Shown here piece after piece: positions 1 to 12,015 of a stretch of DNA of 61,340 nt. How positions within the stretch are numbered: the stretch's first letter is position 1; each line of letters begins with the position of its first letter. Origin of the DNA: Octopus bimaculoides (taxonomy: Eukaryota); NCBI RefSeq assembly GCF_001194135.2, contig NC_068982.1:161306926-161368265 (forward strand), in the 5' to 3' direction. A program made the position numbers and the translations under genes. The notes below the pieces were generated by a model, which saw only the letters and a program-made list of their open reading frames with translations, searched no databases and was not told where the DNA came from.

Positions 1-254
1 TTGGGTTTGGGGATGGTCTGTATTTTGATGTAACACGTGTGTTTACGATCGCTGTTCGGGTAGTGGAGGTATCAAGTTAAAATACATCATTATATTTGGA
101 AAAATAGGAATAAATTTCAATGAGTATTACTTACTCGGGTATAGTCCAACCCTTTGTCAGCTATATTTGGGCTCCATGCGATGTCTTTATTTCCGATGTT
201 TTTGGATAAGTTTCGGAGCAGTGATTTATCGTACTCACATGTTAAACTTCCCCG

Positions 255-270
255 GTGTTATTATTATTAC

Positions 271-316
<46 letters not shown>

Positions 317-392
317 GAGGAGGATGATGATGATGATGATGACGACGATGACGATGGTGGTGGTGGTGGCGACGACGACGATGACGATAATT

Positions 393-436
<44 letters not shown>
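255..436. repeat. Compound trinucleotide microsatellite (ATT)n-(GAT/GAC/GGT)n-(AAT)n
   Basis: Read directly; explains the homopolymeric ORFs 167..469 and 255..503. Confidence 0.95.
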
Positions 437-437
<1 letters not shown>

Positions 438-750
438 TACTTAAGTTTTCAAATAAAGGTGTTTTATGATTTAATTGACTGTGAAATTGTGTGTATCACC
501 TGATAGTAATTTTCATTGTAATTAGATATTCTCCTTTTTATTATGCAAATGATGCTAAAGATATTTTCTATAGAATACAGTAAGGTAAATTCAATATCTG
601 ACCCCAAAATGAGTATCTAGGACATCATAACTCCATGTCGTTTCTTACACGTATTAACAAATATTGACTTCTTATAGTGGAACAAGGCATGACAAATACC
701 TGGTATAGATTTTAGTGACCTACCCATCGAGAGTTAGAATGCAAGTAGCC

Positions 751-798
751 CCAATATATGAACTCCAATATATGAACTCAGCCCCAATATATGAACTC
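751..798. repeat. Short local triplication of CCAATATATGAACTC
   Basis: Three copies of the 15-mer in near-tandem arrangement. Confidence 0.85.
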
Positions 799-2454
799 AG
801 AATAATTAAAACGAAAAGATGATGTTACCCCTTCATTCAGCTTCGATATTTGGCACACTTCCATTCAAAGGTGCGACCGCACCCTTCTCACGGGTCTGTA
901 AGTTCCGTCAGGATGATCTTCGCCTCTTCAGACTATATGGCGACATCTGGGCTGAGGTTTAACTAAATGAACGAGGGTGGGAGACTACAACCACCTTTCT
1001 TGCTCTACAATTGGCCCTTGTTCGTTTTTACTGTGTTTGTCAGATTTTCTTCCTCCCACGTAACCTTGATTGCTGACGTTGGGGAAACCTCCCCCTATGT
1101 TCGGTGTTTCTTACATTTCTCCTGTTTCATAGTGTTGGTAAGTGCCTTGCGTGATTGCTGTTTGAGCCTCTGACAGGATCTACGCCAAATTTGATAACAT
1201 ACCCTGTTGGTTAATTTCCGACCTGAAAACAGAAAACCATAACATTGATATCTTCCTTTAGTACACGGTCAGAAATGTGTAGTGGGTTGAGGACGTTATA
1301 AATGATTGAATAAAGGACAGTATACTTAGCCCACATGTTAACACTATTAATCATACGTACTTCTTTGACGTACAAACTTGACATCAGATATAGTTTGGGG
1401 AAAGTTACCAACAAACTGAGCGAACTTAAAGCTGCGTCAGTTCTTCCTTGATAGTTGATTTTTCAACATAGAGTGATCACCAATCGACGGTGTGACAAAT
1501 GCTTCCGACCAATGTGATGTAACATTACATTGATGCTATCAGACCTTTGAACTGCAAACGTAGTTCTACCCATACTTTTAGCATCGTAGATGTTATTAAG
1601 GGTTCCAACGGCTGAGATGTTTCAAGTAACATGCATATTAAACAATCCTTAATTTTGCACTCTGTATCAGTTGATGTTAGGCCACCATAGAAGTTGCTTT
1701 GTTTTGTTTTGCCTTTATTTTTGTCTTTTGTTGAGGTTTTTTTTTATGACAGTCATAAGTAATATCCAATATTTTTGCTCTTATTGCAAAAGGAATAATA
1801 CTTCAATTTCCACAGAACAATACCCGATTTTTCTGTAAGCTCTTATTTAGTAAGTTCTAACAGCTAAATTTACTAGTTAGCAGTACTTCTGCTATTGCTT
1901 GAGTAGTTGATTATTCTTTTGAATATTTTAACAAATTAGACATTATAATAACATTTACAAGATTGTCATTAACATAATCTGCTGTTACTATTAGTTGATG
2001 TAGCCATACATCTGCCGGACAGGGAATGTCTTTTATTAACTGTAGTAATCTATACAGTACCTTTATAAATAGGGTCATTTTTTTTCCACAGTAAATTAAA
2101 ATGTGGTATGAAATGAGTAATAAGTTGAGTAATACCTCTTAATTCAGTGGACATTGCTATTAGACGCTTAAAGAGAGTCTCCGTATTAATTCTAACTTTC
2201 CATCATATTAACTTCTTTATATGAAACAATGACACCGAAATATTCTGTCGTGCATCATATGTGCCGGTTTTGTGATGTAATACATGATCATTGTTGTGTA
2301 ACATTGTGAGGTGCTGATTTAATATCACGTCATGAACTTTTTTTAATTTACAAAGACTAGATTATCGTCTTCAGTATTACTTATGTTAGATTTAGATGTG
2401 AAAAGATTGTTAATAATTTCTTGGTGGAGCAATCGACAGTGCTAATTCATGCAA

Positions 2455-3800
2455 TCCTAAAGGCTTTTTATTCTAGAAATACATAGCAAGAAATTCCCCT
2501 CAGCCAACTTTGGCTTATATAGTGACGATACCATGGCATTATTGAGATGGGTAAACGACCATATACTCAATAGGCTCAGGAAAGACCTAACTCATGCCCT
2601 TAATTTTCATAGGCCCAAAGTCGCAGTAGAGACCAACTTGAAAATAGTTGATTTCCTAGATGTTGCATTTGATCCAGGTACTGGTACCTACAAACCATTC
2701 TGAAAACCAAATGAGAGGCAAGCCTAGATTAACACAGCTTCCAGTCATCCAGCGGCAGTTTTCAAAAACCTAGTGAGGGTAGTTAACAGAAGAATTTTCA
2801 ACTTATCTTCAAGTAAAGAAATCTTCGATGCTATGGTCCTGTACCATAACGAAGAAAGAATTAGTTATTTGGCCAACCTTAATCACACCAAGTGAAAAGT
2901 CACCATAATATCATATGGTTCGCACACCCGTTTTTTACCTAATTTCAAAACTTGTGAAGGTAGGATCTTCCTAAGTTTAGTAGATAAGCATTTTCCACAG
3001 AAACATAGGAATAGGGAATGTTTCAGTATGTATATTTTGACCGTCTCTTTCAGCTGCGCACCTAACATAAAGAAAATTTTAGTAAATAAACCCAAACCTA
3101 ACATAGAAGCAGACTGTTTATGTAGAGGTAACCTCACATTCCCACTCATCGAGCAATGTAATACAGAACCGCCGTGTTTGAAGTGGAGTTAATCTCAAAC
3201 GATCCCAGTGGAGCAACGAATGTACCGACATACGTCGGCATGACAGAAAGATTTTTCAAGAACAAGCTCAGCAATCACAGGTCCTCGTTTAATATACAGA
3301 TATGAATTAATGCCGCATCTATAGTGAGATATATGTAGCTATTGAAAGAAAAGTTGCGCAATATAACATCAAGTGAAGACTACTGAAAATGTTCGGACCT
3401 TACCTTAAAAAAAGTAGATCGTGCAGACTTTGTTTAGCTGAAAAAAATCATATTAAAGAACTCTCTCTACCCAGGAGCCTAACTGAGCTTTAATGTGAAA
3501 TGTTTTCCTCCTGTCTCATGAGCGGAAGATTGTATTAGCCAGTTGGCCGGATAAGTACACCCTTTAAGTATAAAGGTTGGTTTCTTTCCTTATGAGTATT
3601 TCTCTCTTCATAAATAAGGTCTTAATATTTCTCCCAGACCCAGCATTTCTATACACACACTCATACACATGATATACACATCCACACATGCTTTGATAAA
3701 ACCCTCCGTGCATCTCTCTCATTACGCATGCCCGCCTCTCCTTCGAGCCGCTATCCCTCTCGTTCTTGCCCCCTCCTCATTCTTTTTGTTCCGTTACAGC
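2455..3800 (+). mobile_element. Decayed Penelope-like retroelement (RT C-terminus + GIY-YIG endonuclease + 3' region)
   Basis: Manual translation gives GLFILEIHSKKFPSANFGLYSDDTMA (YxDD motif at ~2518), TNLKIVDFLDVAFDPGTGTYKPF*KPN, SSHPAAVFKNL, GRIFLSLVDKHFP, TYVGMTERFFKNKLSNHRSSF and SCRLCLAEKNHI. These are hallmark PLE motifs, with stops and frameshifts. Confidence 0.88.
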
Positions 3801-4064
3801 TTCCTTAAAGACCAACTGAATTACAACTCGTGAAATGAATGTGTAAATTTCCTGAATATTCCACAGACACAAATACTCTTAACGTAATAGTCTGTCTAAA
3901 TGAGTGTAACACAATGTAACATAGCTGGACGTTTGCTTTACAGATAGGCCACTCAAGAATGTGACTGGTACTTTTCAACCCAAGGATTTCAAGGTAAAGT
4001 TGACTACGGTTGGGTTTGAACTCAGCACAAGACAACAGAATAACAATGTATAAATGCATGCGTG

Positions 4065-4310
4065 CGTGCGTGTGTGCGTATGTGCATGCATGTGTGCATA
4101 TGTGCACATATGTGTGCTTGTGTGTATGTGTATGCGCGCACGCGCGTACGTGCGTGTATGTGTATATATGAGTATGTATGACCGCGCGCGTCTGTGTGTG
4201 TGAGTATGCTATCTGTGTGTCTATCTCCATATGTGTGTCTATGTGTGTGGGCGAGCATATTTGTATTTGTGCATCAGCGTATTCGGATTTGCGCTTGTGT
4301 ATACTGGTGT
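4065..4310. repeat. Degenerate (GT)/(GTGC)/(TATG) low-complexity tract
   Basis: Read directly; source of the H/T-rich ORFs 3805..4314 and 4022..4258. Confidence 0.9.
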
Positions 4311-4648
4311 ACATCAGAACAAATTCTTTATGGTCTTATTTCTAAGCGTACAAATTCTTAAAGTTATTTAACTCAAAAGGGGAAATAACTCTTTAAAACG
4401 GGAGACGAACGAGGAGAAAACACAGAAATATTTACGAAGACGTGACCGTATGCATGTGTCTACGCATATGTATCATTCAACCACGGTAGTGGTTGAATAT
4501 ATTCTTATATCCATCATTTTGTCAATCGCAACAGCTTCCAAGCTTCACCACCAATTCAGTTCTCAACTAAATTGCCAACTGTTAATAGTCTTAAAGAGGA
4601 CACCTCCTCAGCTACACTTTGGCATAAATAGTTTGAGGTTTGGTTCAG

Positions 4649-4696
<48 letters not shown>

Positions 4697-4854
4697 NNNN
4701 NNNNNNNNNNNNNNNNNNNNNNNNNNNNNNNNNNNNNNNNNNNNNNNNNNNNNNNNNNNNNNNNNNNNNNNNNNNNNNNNNNNNNNNNNNNNNNNNNNNN
4801 NNNNNNNNNNNNNNNNNNNNNNNNNNNNNNNNNNNNNNNNNNNNNNNNNNNNNN
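4697..4854. other. Assembly gap (N run) next to (TA)n
   Basis: N run. Confidence 1.
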
Positions 4855-5065
4855 CCTCCGTCCAACCAGCCGCCATGATCGACCGCTAGCCACGAAAGCT
4901 TTTTTTTTATTCTCTCTCTGTTTATTTTCTCGTGTTCCTTTTTGTTGAAGAGCGTAGGCAGGAAACGTAAAAGACTTTCTCACCTTCCCGAGTGTTAAAC
5001 CAATACACCTGTTTGTTGTTTATACACCTGTCTTCGTCTTTTATTTTTGCTTTTGTTTTTTTTTT
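4855..5065 (+). mobile_element. Penelope-type terminal repeat fragment with degenerate hammerhead-like core
   Basis: TTGTTGA-A-GAGC-GTAG-GCAG-GAAAC-GT at ~4943-4968 follows the CUGANGA/stemII/GAAAC layout typical of PLE repeats, but with several substitutions. Confidence 0.55.
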
Positions 5066-5148
5066 GTAAATTCCAACTATATATATACTCATCACACATG
5101 CACGCGCATACACACGGACACACGCACTCACATACACACACACACGTG

Positions 5149-5190
<42 letters not shown>

Positions 5191-5937
5191 TACGCACATG
5201 AGCGCATAAATACACGCTCATACTGAATTAATTTCCATTGTTGATATGGCCGACTAAAACCACTCAAAGTAATGTCTTAATTTGGTTGGAATCCCAAAAC
5301 TAAAACCAGTTAATGCATGAAAGATTGTGCGCGTATTTATATGAGAAACAAAATAATAGTTAAGAAGCGCAAGAAAACGAAAATACACCAGACAAGAAAA
5401 ATGACATGGTGCCGGGGAGATAAGTCTGAAAAACAATATATTGAACTGTTGTCAATAATTGTCTCCCTTGCATTATATTTGAATTTGTTGGTGGATATTT
5501 GATTTGTTGGTGTACAACTCAACACGTTAATTTGTCATAAAAATTTTAATGCTTTTTCCAAGCATTCACGTTACATCTGTTATGTCAATGGAGGTGTTAT
5601 TTGAGGAGGATGGTACATTTGATAGTGTCAGACTGTTTCTATGGTGTAAAGTAAAAAATGCTTCACATTATTGTGAGAAGTACGAATGTAAACAAATAGA
5701 TCGTCGGTTTCCTCAACCAGTAATTCAGTCGTTCAGTTATTGAATTGGTGTGCCTGTAGCCGAATATTCCACAGGCATGCGTACCCTGAAGGTAATTCAC
5801 GAACATAATCAGTATCATACAATATGACAAGACTGTATGTATGTATAAACATCTAATTATGTATGTATGTATGTATGTATGTATGTATGTATGTATGTAT
5901 GTAGGTATGTATGTATGAATGTATGTATGTCTCTTCT

Positions 5938-6535
5938 ATTTTTTTTTTATTATTATAAATCTTCCACTGAAGAGGGAGCCAATTTCCAACAAAGATATAA
6001 GGCTCTATTTTGGGATGTAGTTAACACAAACAAATTCACATTTGGAACCTGAGATAAGTCTTGCATATCTTTACTGTTCCACTCACAAATTGGACTTGTA
6101 ATGTACGGATCAGCCGGTCACTTTCTCTTCCTGAAAATTCCAGTTTAACCAGATTCTCTTTTAAGCATTTACTAACAAAACCTAGTGCTCCAATTATTAT
6201 TGGTATGAATATGAATTCATAGTCTGGGTATAGAAGCTGGAGGTTTCGAAGCAGTTGTCCATAGATATCCTCGTTCTCTTTGATTTTTAAAGAGATACTT
6301 ATATCTGCAGGGCAGTTAACCTCTATGACGATACATACCTTTGCCTCTGTCCCAAGCAACAATATCCGGCCTGTTATGCCTAGATTTGACAGAAGTTTTG
6401 ATGGGAATATTCCAAATCCCCACAATATTAAGGTCAGTTACTCCTGCTTAGTCAGCATCACTTCTAACACGTGGGAGGGTTGTACCATTATTACTAATTC
6501 CCTACATCTCCCCTTTTGAGTTTTTCTTAAGAAGT
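5938..6535 (-). mobile_element. R4/Dong-like (RLE clade) non-LTR retrotransposon, 3' end with restriction-like endonuclease
   Basis: WNIPIKTSVKSRHNRPDIVAWDR / VCIVIEVNCPAD...PIIIGALG (ORF 6036..6425 plus the adjacent frame) is the PD-(D/E) RLE signature. The 3' end finishes in TAATAATA(A)n. Confidence 0.8.
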
Positions 6536-6539
6536 GCCA

Positions 6540-7906
6540 TTTTATTTAGCAATGATTCTTTTATTCACCCCACCTCCCTTTTTTATATTTTTTTTCGTAC
6601 AATTTAATATTTTTTCGCGCTTGAGATCTATTTTCAGGAACTCTGTATGTTTTCTTTTCCTCTCCCTTGTACGCCTAGGTTCAATCACCTGCAGTGGCGT
6701 TGGTACTTGGAACGTATCGTACAACCATTCTATCGGTTCCTCCAACTTCTTTGGTTTGCTTTCCACGAATTTCTTTTTCAATTGGTTCCAGTCTCTCTTG
6801 TGTATGGCCTTTTCTACTTTCTACCCAAACATCATTTTACCTATGGATTTGGTAATTACGTCATCTTCCCAGCTCTGCTTTCTATTCTTGTATACCGTCA
6901 TATACACCTTTTCACCAACTTTAAAGAATCTTGCTATGTCTTTCCTGGCAATTTTTCTTTTCTTTTTTTGCCAGGTAGCAATTTATCAAAGACTGATTTT
7001 ACTTTCCTTGTAAACACCAGCTCCACTGGTGAACTACCTGCTGGTGCATTCGGATTTGGTATCACACGGTACACTCTTAAAAATTGTTGTAGAGCTACCT
7101 CACCGGTGACTTCCTTATTCGGTTTTCTAAGGGCTCTTTTGAAGGTATCAACAAAGCGTTCTGCCTGTCCATTAGATCTGGAATAGTATGGTGCCGTAGT
7201 TATATGTTCTACTGCGAACGTTTCACAATTTCTTTTTAATTCGTTAGACACAAATTTCGTTCCGTTGTCAGATACTATCTTATCTGGGATGCCAAATCTT
7301 GCAAGCAATTCATGTAAAAAATTTATCACAGTTGAGGAGGTTGATTTTTACACTTACAGATTTCAGGCCATTTCGAAAATCTATCAACTACCACTAAGTA
7401 GTAAGAACTATTTAAAGTACCAGCGACGTCGATATGTAGTTTCGACCACGGATCATTTACCTTTGAACAATGTTTATTTTTTATCGTGGGCAATTTTTTT
7501 GCGAATGGTACCTTTCGTTTTGATTTAAACATATGCGTCCCACTTTGTTTTACTGCGATTTTTTGTTTCAGTCTCTCAGCCTCAGCCGTAGTTGAACCGT
7601 CGACTGAGGCGACTATATTTCTATACAAAACACTTATGGGCTTGTTTCATAAACTGAATAATTCTATCCACTAAGTCAAATAAATGTAACGTTACATACG
7701 CATTCACCGATAAAATATATTCGTTTTCCCGTAACACCATGTGCTACCTTTTTAGATTTAATTAATTTCGGCTTACCGATATGTTTCCACGTTTATTTTG
7801 TCTTTTTTTTTTTTTATAATAGTCATATCACTACCTGTGTCGAATTTTACACTAGTAATTTTAATTTTCACATGGACGAATTTTCTGTTCGTTGTATTAC
7901 CCATTT

Positions 7907-7940
<34 letters not shown>

Positions 7941-8512
7941 CTCGATGACAAACTTTTTTTTTTTCCCCATTGTCCTGACGTTTTGTCATCTTCGGTCTAC
8001 AGTGCGTCTTTATACATCCTATATTTCCACAACGAAAACACTCCGGTTTTTTTAAATGGACAAGTTTTCTTCAGGTGCATACCACCACATGCAAAACATG
8101 GGTTTATATCCTGATGTTTGTCGTGTTTTTTAGAAAACACTTTATCTTTATTCAGACTATTCCACACTGGTTTTACTTAGAAACAATATTTATGTTCAAT
8201 TTCCTGTGTCGTACCTTTTCACATTCTTCTGACATTTTTTGCAGGGTTACATCCTGGTTTTCCTCCAGCTTTGCAAGAACTCTAGTTCCAACTTTTGCAT
8301 CTTTTTCGGCAGTTAGTCCCTGTATAAAAATCAGACATTTGAACATATCTGGACTTGATTTATCCAGCTTAAACTTCTTGCATTCTCTGTTTACCAGCAT
8401 AAGTCTTCATCATTGTTTTTCTCTCTATGTTCAGACACTTCTAAGGTGTGTTGAACAATGAGCTTTTTTTCATTGAAAATTTTACACAGTATATCAATTG
8501 TATCATGAAATT
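6540..8512 (-). mobile_element. Gypsy/Ty3 LTR retrotransposon fossil: gag, protease, integrase, PPT; RT/RNaseH deleted
   Basis: Gag: MVNRECKKFKLDK...FKCLIFIQGL...RVLAKLEE. Protease: KFDTGSDMTII. Integrase: WSKLHIDVAG...VVVDRFSKWPE, GIPDKIVSDNGTKF, SNGQAERFVDTFKRAL. A purine tract AAAAAAGGGAGG at ~6573-6584 follows the pol C-terminus. Confidence 0.92.
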
Positions 8513-9534
8513 TATATAGCCTCCCATGTAAACTACTAAATGTCTTTAGTCAGTACCTTTGAACTAAATCTAGTTCTGGACCCTTCCAATTTGGCATTTT
8601 CCCTAACACTTAATGCACTAGTGAGTCTTAGATCTGGCTGCTTCTCACTCACTACTTCTCATTTTCTTTAACCATATTGAATCTCGATTATGATTGACTG
8701 GCTAATCCTAAATATTACTCCAGAACTTTCTAGCTTCTTCTGCATTAGGTTTCTCATCTTCTGTACTTTGTTCTCCACTATTTAATTAGTTATAAAATCT
8801 CCTCTGGTTTGTCTCAAATAATCTAATCTGTTGATACTGATCTATTCTTTTCTGTTATCTGGAGAGCTTGCCTGCTACTGCTATGATATGCTATTTCAAC
8901 TCTTCTATTATTGTCCCAATTCCTTTCTCTTTGACTAAGTATCTTTTCTCGATTTTGTGTTTCCTAAATTGTTCACTTTCCAGGCTTCTATTCTACTCAG
9001 ATCGTGTCTTAAAGTCTTCACTTTATTCTGTAGTCCCCTTTTCCACATTTGCTCTTTTTTAATCTTTCCCTGTGAGATAAATAATCTTCTAGTGATTACT
9101 ACCCCTCCTGCATAGATCAGTAAATTAGTGTCTCCTATATTTTTAGTATCTATCCAACTGATAATAGAATCTACTTTCCTAGTCATTTCTAGCAGCTTCC
9201 TTCTGTTGGCGCCTTTTAATGCTGGCAACCTTTTTCTTACTTCTTCACTCATTACTTCCTGCAACTCATCTAAAATCTTCTGATCTTCCTCACTTACATC
9301 ACTTAAGTCGCTGGTGCCAGTTGTCCCTTCCTTATTAGTAGCGCTATTATTATTTTTTCCTTTAGATTCTTCTTTGGTTTGAGTTGTATCTCTTTCCCAC
9401 TGCCTGGTCTTTCTTTTCCAGTTCTCTTGTAATCTCTTCTACCTCCAGTCCTGTCATTCACTTTCTTCTCCTAATAGCATTAGCTTGATCAACTGATCGC
9501 TGCTCAGTCACTTTAAACATACCCTTCTCTACCC

Positions 9535-9540
<6 letters not shown>
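8513..9540 (-). mobile_element. R4/Dong-like non-LTR retrotransposon, N-terminal ORF region up to the start of RT
   Basis: RLPALK...KVDSIISWIDT..NLLIYAGGVVITRRL...WKRGLQNKVKTLRHDLSRIEAW (ORF 8935..9264), then LFETNQRRFY, EEARKFWSNI and GKMPNWKGPELDLVQ. The upstream end abuts an (AAT)n array. Confidence 0.8.

Positions 9541-9581
<41 letters not shown>
9541..9581. repeat. (ATT)n microsatellite at the R4-like 5' junction
   Basis: Read directly. Confidence 0.95.
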
Positions 9582-9583
<2 letters not shown>

Positions 9584-9599
9584 AGAAGACTATCCACTA

Positions 9600-9790
9600 C
9601 AGAATTGATACCGGTGTTGGTTCCACATAAAAAGCACTCGGTGCCACGTAGAAAGCATCCAGTACACTCTGTAAAGTAGTTAGCGTTAGAAACAGCTCTC
9701 CAGCTGGCCAGCTCCTGTCAAACCGTCCAACCCATGCCAGCATAGAAAATGGACGTTAAACGATGATGATGATGATGATGATGATGATGA
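9600..9790 (+). mobile_element. RTE LINE 3' tail fragment
   Basis: CCGTCCAACCCATGCCAGCATAGAAAATGGACGTTAAACGATGATGAT matches the 3' ends of the RT-bearing RTE copies at 20943-21957 and 29985-31189. Confidence 0.75.
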
Positions 9791-9818
9791 GCGCACTCGC
9801 GCGTGCGTGTATGTGCGT

Positions 9819-9853
<35 letters not shown>

Positions 9854-10374
9854 ACGAATAGCCTCCTAGATTTTAAGCCAGGATTCGAAATCGAATCTAC
9901 ATCTTTCTATCAAGTTTTACTATTGTTCTTGGCTTTTGCAGTTAGAACTTTATGGGAATCAACTGTCAACACTTAGTTCAGTTCTATTGTTTAAATTAGC
10001 ATTCTTAGGTTAAATACAGTTTGAGAGAGATAAACTCATTACTTCCCATTGTTCTCCGACCTACATCTAGCTTTGCAACATGTATAAATACAGTACCCAA
10101 ATCCAGTTTCTACCTCTCCTTCACTTGGCCGACCGTCGAAGAGCATCCCTCTTTCTTCTTTCACTTATGAGTTGTCAAAGAGGGAGCGTATAACTTTCAC
10201 CCGCTCCACTTGTTTAAATTCCTTTACTCTTTCTCTCTCTAGTAATCACTCACGGATGAACTTTACCTACAAAATTGATAACGACAAATAATCTGAGTAT
10301 AACAAGAACTCGAAGAAGTTGTTTCTTACATTGTAACTGAAATTAAAGGGCCATTCCTAGTAATATTTTCTTCC

Positions 10375-10686
10375 CACTAGCGTAGCTAGAGTGTGTGCCG
10401 CCCGGGGCGGCCCTTCCGCTTGCTACCCCCGGACCCCACAACAAAACATATTGCCTACAGCAGTAGCTTAGAACAGGATGGAAAGTGCCGCCCGGGGCGG
10501 CCCTTCCGCTTGCTACCCCCGGACCCCACAACAAAACATANNNNNNNNNNNNNNNNNNNNNNNNNNNNNNNNNNNNNNNNNNNNNNNNNNNNNNNNNNNN
10601 NNNNNNNNNNNNNNNNNNNNNNNNNNNNNNNNNNNNNNNNNNNNNNNNNNNNNNNNNNNNNNNNNNNCCCCCCAGCTGCGCTAGTG
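10375..10686. mobile_element. hAT-type MITE with 8 bp TSD and internal 90 bp tandem repeat
   Basis: TIRs CACTAGCGTAGCT / AGCTGCGCTAGTG (12 of 13 match), perfect flanking direct repeat TTTCTTCC (10367-10374 and 10687-10694), internal unit repeating at 10395 and 10485. Confidence 0.85.
10541..10667. other. Assembly gap inside the MITE tandem array
   Basis: N run. Confidence 1.
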
Positions 10687-10809
10687 TTTCTTCCTCTTTT
10701 AATTAAGACATATAAATCGCTACAACTTTGGTGACCCTATCGCCACATATATACACACATACATACATACATATACGTGTGTGAGTGAGGGAGAGAGAGA
10801 GAGAGAGAG

Positions 10810-10861
<52 letters not shown>

Positions 10862-11064
10862 CACTAAGAAGTAGAGTTCATTTGGTTTGAACCCTAACAG
10901 ACATACACAAAAAGAAAAGAAAAAAACTTTAGTTGGCAAACGACCGCGACTTATTGTCGGGGCCCGAAAGAACGCCTATTGAGGTAGAAACTCATATATA
11001 GTTGTCGTTCTGTCCCCGGACGATAAAATTGTGTTTTCCTTAATGGCATGTCTATTTTGGAGAA

Positions 11065-11272
11065 TTTTGTCCCCCTCCCACCATCGTTTGACAACTGATG
11101 TTGGTGTTTACGTTCCTGTGAACTAGCGGTTCGACAAAAAGAAATCGATGGATAAGTATAGGCTTACAAAGAATAAGTCCTGGGATCGATTTCTGTGACT
11201 AAAAAAACCTCTTTAAGGTGGTGCTCCATCATGGCCGCAGTCAAAAGACTGAAACAAGTAAAAGAATAAACA
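11065..11272 (+). mobile_element. SINE (family A) 3' half
   Basis: Ends ...CATGGCCGCAGTCAAAAGACTGAAACAAGTAAAAGAATAAA, shared with copies at 20697-20905, 32308-32368 and 43630-43800. Confidence 0.75.
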
Positions 11273-11981
11273 AAAATATTTATATACACACATGCATGCA
11301 CACCATAACTGAAGTTGGTATGATCAACGGAATCAAAAGCGATACCGAGGACATCATCTTTAAAAATTTCGGTGCTTGTTTTATCGAATTTATTTCGTCT
11401 TGTCACTAAGTTACGAGTTACATTGAGACCCATAGAAAATATCTGTTGATAATGTAAATATAACACACACACAGTGTGCCTGCGCGCGCACTTTGTGTTT
11501 ATTATTATCCTTATCGATCTAACAACAGTATTTCACGTTTCAACGAGTTCTTCTGACAGAATAATTTACCTCAGAAATCAATGAGACAGGGAGACTGAGA
11601 ATAGTTTATACGACAGACACGATATTACATAGAAACTCTATTAAAAGACAAGACGACTCTAGTAGAGAATACTTATAGTTAGGTACTATTGGTTCTTCCC
11701 ACCAATGAAATATCAAGTAACACTTACACTACTACCAAACTATTAAATATGCAACCAATCAACAACGTTTCCTACATGTTTTATGCAACATTTTCTACTG
11801 CAACTCTGGGAGAGTCTATTGTTATTGTGTAGTGGGTACCACAGCTTTTCCCAATGTTGACATTTCTTGTTTGTGCATAAAGCAAAATAAAATCGATATA
11901 TATATAATATAATACACAAACATATTTATATATTGTACACAAACACACACGTTATATATTATACACAAACGCACATTATAC

Positions 11982-12015
<34 letters not shown>

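Noticed and set aside
121-260. Minus-strand donor-like sites (GTGAGT at ~237, GTAAGT at ~134) and an open frame CEYDKSLLRNLSKNIGNKDIAWSPNIADKGLDYTR
   Set aside because: No polypyrimidine acceptor or in-frame ATG, an upstream in-frame stop in the AAT array, and no recognisable homology. It could be an exon of a neighbouring gene but cannot be supported here.
167-503. Poly-I/D/G/N and poly-L/M ORFs
   Set aside because: Translations of microsatellites.
895-935. CTGAAGA on the minus strand as a possible hammerhead
   Set aside because: No correctly placed GAAA box or stem II.
1203-1222. 20 nt minus-strand microexon candidate (TTTTCAG|...|GTATGT)
   Set aside because: No partner exon gives an open frame; joining it to the 121-260 segment introduces TAA. 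Such sites arise by chance in AT-rich DNA.
10395-10540. CRISPR-like repeat array
   Set aside because: Eukaryotic context, the whole 90 bp unit repeats with no unique spacers, and it lies within MITE TIRs.
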